DNA of 64,000 nucleotides from Spongospora subterranea f. sp. subterranea (Eukaryota): NCBI GenBank assembly GCA_049724395.1, contig JAUGWO010000136.1, positions 1 to 64,000 of the forward strand, read 5' to 3'. Shown piece by piece: positions 53,201 to 64,000 of this stretch (position 1 is its first letter; each line of letters starts with the position of its first letter). The notes under the pieces were generated by a model. It saw only the letters and a program-made list of their open reading frames with translations, ran no database searches and was not told where the DNA came from. The position numbers and the translations under genes were made by a program.

Positions 53201-53327
53201 TTCATGATCAGAAGTCCTTCCCTCTTTCATGATCAGAAGTCCCTCCCTTCATGATCAGAAGTCCTTCCCTCTTTCATGATCAGAAGTCCTTCCCTCTTTC
53301 ATGATCAGAAGTCCTTCCCTCTTTCAT
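50274..53327. repeat. Minisatellite, 25-bp unit ATGATCAGAAGTCCTTCCCTCTTTC, roughly 120 copies
   Basis: Direct reading; diverged copies from about 50231. Confidence 0.98.
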
Positions 53328-53473
53328 TACCACCAGAAATTGTGTGCGGAGTTTCTGTCGTTTATTGTTATTAGAGGAGGTGTTTCCCTCATCCAATCTG
53401 TACTACTGTACCACTACCAGGGTTCATTCCTTATATTCCCAGTACAATACCCTAGAACGGCGGTGCCGCGATC

Positions 53474-56400
53474 ATGGCCGCCGATCTGGATTATGCTAGT
53501 TTCAGGTCGGTCGTACAGGATGCATGGAATTCGCAATATACGGTGGATCAACTAAATCGAACGCTCATTCTTTTTCAAGATATGCTCGTCAATCCGCTTC
53601 AACAGCAGGTCGGATCATTTATGGCTGGAGCCGTTTCCACGAACAATCAGTCTGTTCTTTTTTCTTGCTACTGACACATCCAGTTAGGCACCCGACATGG
53701 CCTGCCGTAAACAAATTGAATCATTGAAGGTCCAAATACCTGGTGAAATCCAAGAAATAACATTGCAAAGCGATGTTGCTCAGTGGGTGCGTTGTGTTTT
53801 AGTCAGTGCAGTTTTCAGTTCATTGAAACTGTGTGGTGGACTTTAGGTCATTGAGTTCAGTGACATGGTCGAACTCAACGAAATCGCAGTTCTCAAGCTG
53901 CTACTTCAAGCTTTCAGGATGGTAGGTTTCGCTGCATAGGTTGGTCTCTCTGGTTTAATTATCTTCAGAGTGCCGACGATCCCCGTCGGTGTGATACAGA
54001 GAGAGAGACGGCTGTTTCCCTCTATTTCAGCCAGCGACAAGATCTTCTAGTTGCGCTGTTGGATATTATCCAGATGGTGGAAAGGGATCAAGATTTTGGT
54101 GCGGAACTTGTTAGGATAACACGATCTTACGTAGACCGTCTTAGAGATCGTGGTTTCGTTAACAACATCATTAACCGGATTGTGGTCCGTTTGTCGCAAT
54201 CACACACGTTCTGTTTGACATTAAAATCTCGTTGCGCAGTCACTTTCTAAAATGAAGCTATCACGCTACATCGACCGCATTGACGATGAAATCCGTTTGC
54301 TATCCCTTATTGTTTTTTACACTGAAATCAACATGGGAATCGACATGTCGAACGAAGAACAATGTTCGTCAGTGAATGCTGTGGCGCTCTGTGCAGCAAC
54401 TGGTGTGCAATTGCTTCGTGCTTCAACTGGAAGTATTTTCTGATTTTGTCTTTTAGAAGAACTGGCGAACGGTCTTCCTTTGATTCGACCTTCCCAGAAT
54501 CAAGAAGAGCGGGATCAGATTATGGCACATTGTCAGTCAATAGCAACGGTACTGTAACCATCCTACGCTGGCTTTTCTTTTGACCGATTTCTTCACAGTC
54601 AGCTTATATTTTAGTAACTACATTGGTTCACATTCTAACAAAATCTGACAACGTACCTCTTCGTCCTTGGAAAGGCGATATGAAATCCCCGTTAAACAGC
54701 TCATTCAACCTCGTTCATGCCACCTTTCAAGGTGATGGGCAACCCGGTCAATTAGCAGAATCAGGTGTTGCATTTGTCCCCCGAACAAAGTCTAATTTGG
54801 TGTATTAACTACAGTTTTTTCTTTCAGATGATTCTAAGAATCTCATCTATAGTGGCCTCGCCGGGTTCGGTGCCTTCATTCGCCAGCTACCAAGTTTTTC
54901 GGAAGTTGCAAGGATTGACCTCTGCGATTGTCTTGCACAATTTGTTGGTGTCTTTTTGAACCGCCATTTGATCACGTTACGTGCGTGGAAAGATCCATTC
55001 AACGTTTTGACACTTCTTGGCTCTATCGTAACCGATGTTTGTAACATTTCTAACGATCAGGCATCGTTCTTCTGTATGGCCCATCGCTCCTTACGTTTGT
55101 TCGGCATTGTATTCGTCTAATCTTTCGCGAATTGCATAGGGCAATGCAAGACCTTGCCGCTTCTGCTACATAGTCTAGACCAAGATACCTCTCCAGATAG
55201 TGACCTATTTCCTTCGTACTGCGATCTTCTTTTGGCGCTCTCAGGAGGCGAGAATGTCCAACGTTTTGTCCAGTTTGTCAACAGTGCAAAATCGACGCAC
55301 TGGAACAGGATATTCGACATTTTTCATAGAGCTGTTGGGCCTGTCCTGAAACACGAGCCATCATCTCCATTGTTTTCTGTTGACATCAGAATATTATGTG
55401 AATTTACGCGTCTCGTCCAAGCTATGGCTCTCGGGGGATCACACGTACATATTGCGTTCGTACGTATCATTCGTTTCCTTCGACATCGCTCAGTCTTTTT
55501 GCAGTTCTTTGCAGCAAATGCAGGTGCTTGAAACTCTATTCCAAATGCTTGCGTCCGGGTTCCCCGTCCGACTGAAAGCAGAGCTGATTCGTGCTATTTC
55601 ATCATGGGTTGTAGGGCGTCCATCTGACGCAAGCCAAATCTGGGACCGTTTGGAAGGCATGCAGGTGACATGTTATTTATGGGTGTTATTTGACGTAAAG
55701 TTTAACTTGATTCACGTAGGTGTTAACCACCCTCAATGGTCCAGAAGCCCCTTCCGTTCCCGGCCTCCTTCATGATTTGGAAGAAGTTTGTTATGTTTCA
55801 AATGTTCAAATTATATCATCGCATCTAAGTGTAAAAATTAGGTCGAGACACGCGACGGTTCATATCCACTAACGACAGCTTTCGTGTCTTTGTTGCACAC
55901 GCTAGTGAAGTGTTCCCCAAATAACGTCATTGAAAAAGTCGGCGCACCACTGAGACCGCCTGGAATCTCGCCGTATATACAGTATTTACGAACCTTCATT
56001 CTTTGCAGGCTAAATGGGCGTGTGTATGCTGGTATGTCGCTGCTACATTTGATGCTATGACGGTTTTTGCTGACATCCTCTGTCTTCAGATATTTCAGAA
56101 AAATGGAAGTTGGCCGAGGTCACATTTAATCTTTTAACATTGCTAATTGAACCTGAGGAACCAGAACCTGCGGGTATGAATATGTTGGAGAGCTTGATGT
56201 TGAGCGGCAGTGCTGAACTTTATGCTATTATTGAGTTCATATCTAGCGGCCCACAAGGGAAATCGCTTGAAGCTGTTTTGAAATTGTTAGCGGTCGCCTT
56301 ACGAAAAGAGTCCAGTATTTTGTCAAGACTGAACCGATCTAGTCGGGAATCGTCGCCGCTATCTTTCGCCTTGCTTTGCCAACCGCAAACGGTCGCTGTT

Positions 56401-59400
56401 ATTTGTCAGCTAGTCGGAAGCTCCATGTCTTTGCATGTGCAAATTCATGCGGTCGCAATCGTCAAATTCTTAGCGCGACGTGACTCTACTCTTATCGTTC
56501 GTCTACTATCGTCTCAGCATTGCCTTGATGTTGTTCGTCGTCAGTGGGCGGTCCAGCTTGTTTCAGCATCAGTAGACCAAGGCATTCAGCGCGATTTGAT
56601 GTCTTGTATAATTGAAATTTTGAACGACTCCATCGTTCTGTCCTGGCCCTCATTCGCTCATGTCCTTCTCGGGTTTGACACAACTTCATCTGGCACCGAT
56701 GCACGGCTCTCTCATGCTGGTGATGGTTGTTTGTGTGCGCTTCTCAACCTTATCGTTAAGCCAAAGTATATACGCAAGGTCTATTCCATTGTACCCGTCT
56801 TATTTTATTATTTCAGGTTTATGGAGTTCATGGCCGAAATCGCTGCTGAAGGTGTCCATTTGCTTTGCCTTCTCTTAGAAAATTCTTCAACGAGCGAAGC
56901 AGTATTTGAGTACGTTAACCTTCATCATGACGGGTTCTTTAATTCATGCATGGAGACTCTTCCTTTGCTGTGCAATTCATCTTCCTCTCCTTCCCCCAGT
57001 CTTGTTAGCTATCTTCTTCAAGCGGCGTAAGACCAGATTCCAATATGCGATGTTTGCCTTCGATGGATTCACATTATTGTTAGATGGCTTCTTAAGTCAA
57101 TTGCGCTTGAACTGCATTTCCATCGTCAAGATCGTGTTTTAGATGGCTGTTCTGCTGCGAATTTACTAGGACTGTCGCGGGATCCTTCACCCACAACTCT
57201 TATGATTTGTCTGTTGGACTGTCTTCGTCCTCAGTTAACAGCCCATCTTCCCGAATTCGGTGGTCTGGACCGTCAATCGTGCACAATTCTTGGGAAAGAT
57301 GTTCTCCTATCATGCATTGATCTGAACGCTGGAATGTCGCCCAGGTTGGATCGTTCTCTTATTTTGTTTGCTCCACTTACGCGGTGTCGTTAGGTTTTCT
57401 CTATCATCATCTAACCCAAGTGAGTTCATTTGGCGTCTACCTAAATTACGGTGTGCGGCTCATCGTGCTGGACTTAATGTGGATGCTGTAATTAAAGCAG
57501 CTAGCGCTTTCAATGATAACGTTCAAATACTGTTGGCTTCGCGCTTAGCATCAAGAAACTGGTCACAATTATTAGAGGTTAACGTTTTCTATTTGGGCTT
57601 GTTTTCTGCGCCGGTTTCTGATTTTCCTATCAGGTGTGGCTGTTCGAACGAGATCTAACGGAACTCAATCCTTCCCTTTTAGTAGAACTGCTCGTCGCCA
57701 TTTTGGCTAAACTCTCTGATCCTTCGTGGATGTCGTGCAGTTCCTTATTTGACAGCGTAGCCATCTCGTTAATGGTCCATATCAGGGCCTTGACAGGATC
57801 TTCTTTTATATCTATGGGCCACCGTGTTATCCAAGGCATTGTGTCTGCCATAATGAGCAATCCATCACACGAAACTAAATCGCACCTTTGCGCTGTTTTT
57901 TACCTGTACGGTTTTGGCACCGAGATTGTCTGGATCATCGTAATTCATCGTTTGTCTCAGCTATATGGACGTCACTTCGGTGTCAGATTCCAGTAATGAA
58001 GCCCGAGGCCGTCATTGGTCTCTCACCCAAGCTTTGGTCGATCTGAACGTATCAGCCGTAAATCTTGTGCAACGCGTTTGTGAGCATGCGCTCTCTGGGC
58101 AGTCGTCAATGCGTGCTTTAGCTATCATGTTCTTAACTGCATATCCCGTTGAACTTCTAGTCACTCTTTTGGATTCGACATCGCAGGTTGGTTTCAGTTT
58201 CAGCTTGTTCACCTAGTACACTAACGTAGATTCCCATAGATTGTTCGCTTTGTCCAAACACTCAATTTCGGTCAAGAACTGCACTCTGCGATCTGCGCTG
58301 ATCCCCAAAACTATCACTTGGTTCTTTCGTTAGAATCACATCTACTGTTTCTTCTTCATTTGAGTCAAAGTGTGGCTGGCGCACGTGCATTATTTTCAGC
58401 AGACCTCCTCCAACAATTCGCTAATGCCGATGTCATCACGTTAAGACCATCAGATGCTTCACCTCAATATGTCACCGCCCATCCTGCTGCCATCGTAAAA
58501 TACCATCAGGTAGCTTTATAGCAATGGCCTCAATGTCACGTCGGTTGTCTGAATATTTTCCAGTTACTTATTCCGTGTTTGCGGCTAGCGGTATCGCTTT
58601 TAACTGCGATGCCTCACCGCCACGATGTACATTCACGAGTAATTGATGTTTTCATCATCCGTCATGAGAAGGCGTTTTCCGCCGTCATTAGTCATTTCAA
58701 GCTGTCTGGTGAAGAGTTACAAGGTGTGCAGGTTTTCGGCTTTGTGTTCTGTCCCAATCAGTTTACCTTTTCACATAGCGTACCACTCCGCTACTGCGAT
58801 ACTTCTATCCCTTGCTACCGGTTTAGATGACACAAGAATTGAACTCATTTCTGCCATTCATTTACTGTTACAAAAATTTCCAGCTCAAGCCATCGCTTTC
58901 AAAGCAAGCAATTCAAGGGTATCATCAGTTTTACTCGTCATGTTTGGGTCTCAATGTTTCTCAGGTGACCTCAATGGCTCTTGACGAAGAGTCATCCTCA
59001 TTGTTGAATGAAATAACACGGGATACCATCGCCCTTTGCTCTCATCTTGTCCAACGACGTTTGTTCGTGTTTGAGCCCAATCTTGATCCGAAACTGTTTC
59101 TTCACGACCAGGTATTATTGTGACAGGTGTGGCCCGTTCAATTTATTGATCTACGTTTAGAGCCTGCCTGCTGCTCCATCGGGATCATCCTTGCCTCTAG
59201 GTTTAATTGTATATTGTTTGATACCTGGGGCCTTGTCATTGCTTTCCACGTCTAGATCACGCCAGACGCAGTTGGAACAATCACTAAATGACACAACATC
59301 CAAACAAATATCATCTGACCGTGATCGGAGTCATGAACTCATGGAAGGTGCAGTTGATACGTTTCGCCTGCATATCCGATTTTGATCATTTTTATAGGAA

Positions 59401-59735
59401 GCACCCGGAAACAGCTATTGGCCTCATTGTCCTCTTGTAAATCTAATGAGCTGCTTGCCATTACGGTGCTGCATCATTCATTACAGATTGTGTTTCTCTC
59501 ACTGCAACTATATTGCACTACGTCTTTCGAAATGGAGCAAATGCTGATGAACATTGACAGGCTTTACAGCGCTCTTGATGAAGTGGAAGCGATGTTTACT
59601 GGGGGCAACTCTGGCGATGACCTTATCAGCAAACAGCTGGGACGAATTCGTCATGAACTGGAAATACCCCAAATGAGGCAAGACGTAATACCAAAGCCGT
59701 TGACAGCACCAATTCAAAGCATTGAATTTTATTAA
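53474..59735 (+). CDS. NUP205: Large alpha-solenoid nucleoporin, Nup205/Nup192-like
   Basis: Many short introns; ELNEIAVLKLL, LKAELIRAI, IWDRLE, GLLHDLEE/VETRDGSYPLTTAFVSLL, LRPPGISPYIQY, EKWKLAE resemble Nup205 family segments. Confidence 0.75.
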
Positions 59736-60316
59736 AGCCATATATTGCTAACCCTTAATATTCGCTGTGCCATAGTCTCTCGATGAATTTTGGGGGTTCA
59801 GTTGGCAATGACCACATGATAAGTGAACTATTTGATCCCTTAATAGGCCTGATTTGGCGATAGATCTATTGAGGTCAGACGGTGCTGTCTACCGCAACAC
59901 CGTTCGATTCACGAAGTCTATAACTATCTTCATGATCAGAATAGCCAATACCAGTTCATTTCGATGCTGAGATGCTATAACGTGATGCTATTGATTCCAC
60001 CAAAATAAACATCAAAGAGCTTACCTTTGATAACACGTTTTTATCTGAGCACGCTGAATTTTGAGAATTCTTAGGTCGATGCAATGGACGACACAAGAAA
60101 CACACAATGATCATGATTTCAAGACGACATGATGATTGTTTCTACAGTACACCATAACGGTATATGTTCTTCCTTTAATCCCCTGTGTTAATCAATCAGA
60201 TAAATCCCCAATCCGCGTGTTTGTGATCTGACAGGATGTACAAGTTTGTGGAACAACCTTGACATTGCCTTGATCAGATTCAGATATCTTCAATGCCAAA
60301 TCGTGTATCTCGCTTT

Positions 60317-61929
60317 CTCAAATTCTCCATCACAATCACCATCACGGGACTCACCCACAACTTTGTTTCTGTGTTATCAAGGAGTGTGTGGAATCCGTGT
60401 TGATCAATGGTGTAATCTATTCCCTGTAATCCTAATCAATATCACCACTCGTTTATCGGCCGATATTCCCCTGATCCACTACAGCAAACCCTCGTTTGTG
60501 ACGATATTTGACATCAAGTGCAGATCTGATGAATATGTCTCAACTACTGATGTGGTATCGGCCGACTCAATCACTCATTCCGATTCCTCATCGATTGTTA
60601 TCAGATCATCGTCATTTGAAATTAACCCCTCTATCGACTCGACAGATGAACAAGTTCGAAGACATATTCCCATCGGCGTTATCGTCCCCTGGAATCGGTG
60701 ATCATTCTCTAACACGTCCTTCAATCAGCTCCAGATATCGGACCTGGTCCCAGATCAAGACGGTGCTGGTTCCAATCCCATCTGACCTATCGGCAGCTGC
60801 CAAGGAATACATTCCTCAGACACCGGTAATGATTGAGGACGAGCACCAGCGTAACAAGGGAAAGAGCAACGAACACTTCAAACTCCAGCCCAAGTACAAG
60901 AACAACAACGATCATTACAGCAAAGGGAACGGCAACAACCACGACAACCTACGAGATGTAGTCTTGCCGATTAGAAGGAACTGGTCGCCTGCTAAAGGCC
61001 ACAAACCCTCAATGTAATAAATCGATGTTCATGTATATTCATATGTGTATTAACAGTAAACTGTGAGATTATCGTTGAACTCCTGATATGGACCCCGTTT
61101 GTGAGCGGTTTAAGACGTATCTGCCTCGCTTTAGCTACTGACTAAACTCATAACCTCAATCAAGGTCTTTATGCCTTAGGCAGTCGACCAATTCCTTCTA
61201 TTTGGCAAGACTGATTAGGATCGATTTATTACATTGAGGGTTTGTGGCCTTTAGCAGGCGACCAGTTCCTTCTAATCGGCAAGACTACATCTCGTAGGTT
61301 GTCGTGGTTGTTGCCGTTCCCTTTGCTGTAATGATCGTTGTTGTTCTTGTACTTGGGCTGGAGTTTGAAGTGTTCGTTGCTCTTTCCCTTGTTACGCTGG
61401 TGCTCGTCCTCAATCATTACCGGTGTCTGAGGAATGTATTCCTTGGCAGCTGCCGATAGGTCAGATGGGATTGGAACCAGCACCGTCTTGATCTGGGACC
61501 AGGTCCGATATCTGGAGCTGATTGAAGGACGTGTTAGAGAATGATCACCGATTCCAGGGGACGATAACGCCGATGGGAATATGTCTTCGAACTTGTTCAT
61601 CTGTCGAGTCGATAGAGGGGTTAATTTCAAATGACGATGATCTGATAACAATCGATGAGGAATCGGAATGAGTGATTGAGTCGGCCGATACCACATCAGT
61701 AGTTGAGACATATTCATCAGATCTGCACTTGATGTCAAATATCGTCACAAACGAGGGTTTGCTGTAGTGGATCAGGGGAATATCGGCCGATAAACGAGTG
61801 GTGATATTGATTAGGATTACAGGGAATAGATTACACCATTGATCAACACGGATTCCACACACTCCTTGATAACACAGAAACAAAGTTGTGGGTGAGTCCC
61901 GTGATGGTGATTGTGATGGAGAATTTGAG
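60317..61929. repeat. Long inverted repeat, 710-bp arms with a 193-bp spacer
   Basis: 60317-61026 is the reverse complement of 61220-61929; both arms give the identical 169-aa translation. Confidence 0.97.
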
Positions 61930-64000
61930 CTAGAAAAGAGGATCTGACATGTATTCCAGTTGAGCAATTGAAATCCGTTTGTGAAGTGTTGCCAAGATGA
62001 TAAACGATAATCATTGAACGATATCACTTTTCAAACACACGCTGATAGGGAGTTCACACTTCACCATTTTATCGAACGGAATATTATCGCATTGATGAAT
62101 AAAAATTGTGTATATTGATCTCAATCGAACAGATTTCGCGGCGATAAATGGTGTATTGTGATGGAACAGAGAACAGGATCTCCTTTGAAATCGATTAAGG
62201 ATGATAGAACACAAGACCAGACTAGCGACAGTTGAACAAACAATAGACAATCGATAGGAACCGATCTGAAAACAAACAGGGATGAGACATCGATGTTGTT
62301 GATGAAGCGCAGAGAAACAATGAGGTGACTTTCTGAAACTGAAATCAAACAAACAGCGAGTATATTGTGGAATACTGACTTGATGGATTCGGACGTTGAC
62401 CATTGTTGAGGTGATATTCGACTGACATCAACATTTGGTAAATTCGGTAATCAACAGTCAACGCGAGGTTCAAATGAACCGATGCGACAAGTTTCCCTGT
62501 CACGAACAGTCATTTTAATAAAGCAATTGATTGAATACATATCAATTGGGGATTGATGAAATTGAAAACGAATTGAGAAAGATATAACAAAATTATAATG
62601 ATTATGTGCAAATGGAGATAGCGCATGGACAAACACAAACTTTCTATGATAAAACAATGTGATTTGCCAATAAAGGAGAATCCAGAGAGATATGAGATGA
62701 TGCGCCTTACGAGCTGCAGTCTCCAGTTGTGGCACCACTTTCTTTAGTTCCAGTGGAATAGGGCGAAAAATCCATTCTGGAATATATGATAAGGGGGGAG
62801 GGTGAATACGATAACGGGATGACCAACCACGAAATATTTTGGCCCTGATGTTCGGGCGGGGGTTCAGAATTGAATGCAATAATGGGTTGAACCAACCACG
62901 AGTTTTACACCACTTGTTTGGGTCGTGAAGTCGTAATGGATACTCTATTGCAAAGCTTGTCACTAAACCGAAAAACAGGAACAACAAAGCGATTATCACT
63001 TGTCAAAGTCTCCATGATTGGCGTCAACTCGAACATCATGAAAAGCATTTTTTGTTCGACAACGGCACGAACAGATGGAGGAACAATATTGGCGAACTCA
63101 ACTGAAACAGAAATTAGAATGCACAAACGATATCCAGAGGAACAAGTTGATGACCTGCTTTCAAAGCGAAATCGTTCCTGAGACCGGAAAATTTGGGAGG
63201 GTCAAAAGAACCTGACCACAGTTGAGTAAAACGGCGAAAAATAATCAAACAGATTTTGTCGATGACCAGCTGACCATTGAGGTGCCAACAGGCCATGAAG
63301 AAAATTTTGCGAATGGTCAAGCGAACGAAGCCGGCAACCAATGGATGAACTGATTTCAAGATATCCCCTGACACGAACAGTCAGATCGCTCAAGCAATTT
63401 TCAAGATGGAAATAGATGGGCTGGATAGCGGTTGATCATGATGGAAAATGCAACAAATTCAAATTATTAACGATGAGGTTGGAAAAGCGAATGGAAATTA
63501 ATTGTTGAGTGAAGAAAACAGAAATGTGATTGGTCGATAAAGGAGATATGCTATGAGAGATATCAGATGATTGGCCTTACGAGCTACAGACTCAAGTTGT
63601 GGCGCCACCTCGTCCAGTGCAATTGGGATAGGACCAAGATCTGGAACATTGATTAGGAAGGGAGGTGAATATGATAATGGGATGGACCAACCACATATCA
63701 TGTCCTCAGAAATAATCGGGTCGGCCACTTCCAAAGGTATTTCCCGATGGTAATCAAGTGGTACTCCACACACTATTGGAAAATTGTGTCATTACAAGCA
63801 AAACTTGAAAACAATCAAGAAAGGATTCCACATTTTAGTCTGTTGGAGTACTTGGTGAAGGTTTTCATCAATATGTCGATTACGGCAAATGCTTTATCAC
63901 TTTCAGATTCAGGGAACATGGAAATAAAAATCCCTGAGATAGAATTTTACATTTACGATCATGATTGCAACAATTTCAATCACCGATATTTGCCACGAAA
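61229..64000 (-). CDS. Probable multi-exon hypothetical gene with an internal repeated segment, running off the window end
   Basis: Series of minus-strand ORFs separated by pyrimidine-rich ...CAG acceptor-like tracts; two paralogous peptides (PIPLELKKVVPQLETAARKAHHLISL and PIPIALDEVAPQLESVARKANHLISL). Confidence 0.45.

Noticed and set aside
50274..53327. Telomeric or coding repeat
   Set aside because: Internal, flanked by intact genes, no G-rich telomere motif; the 25-bp period hits TGA every 75 nt
60508..61017. Independent plus-strand 169-aa gene
   Set aside because: Exact mirror of 61229-61738 inside the inverted repeat; begins at a non-ATG codon and lacks upstream exons

Overview
Compact, intron-rich eukaryotic DNA with GT-AG introns of about 50-65 nt and very short intergenic spacers. 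A protist such as a plasmodiophorid or oomycete-like organism is an inference from architecture only. The first 11 kb is a transposon graveyard: copia and gypsy remnants, a PIF/Harbinger ORF split by a plant-type mariner, and an apparently intact DD34E Tc1/IS630 transposase paired with a convergent accessory ORF. Embedded in it is the most striking gene, a signal-peptide-bearing protein with a zinc-deaminase signature (HAE...SKPCCxxC), a long charged coiled-coil-like stretch and a Gly/Ala-rich C-terminus, i.e. a polymorphic-toxin-like secreted deaminase candidate. The rest holds housekeeping genes (mitochondrial uS17, LRR protein, cyclin, two CTL/SLC44 transporters, SF3B5, MoCF/CinA-like protein, CPSF2, SLC19-like transporter, PIG-Q, DNA2, CSN6, Nup205-like), a secreted DPBB/expansin-like protein and a glycosyltransferase-like gene. 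There are also two homogeneous minisatellites of about 3 kb (36-bp and 25-bp units) and three long inverted repeats. All family assignments come from motif recognition by eye; no database searches were run.
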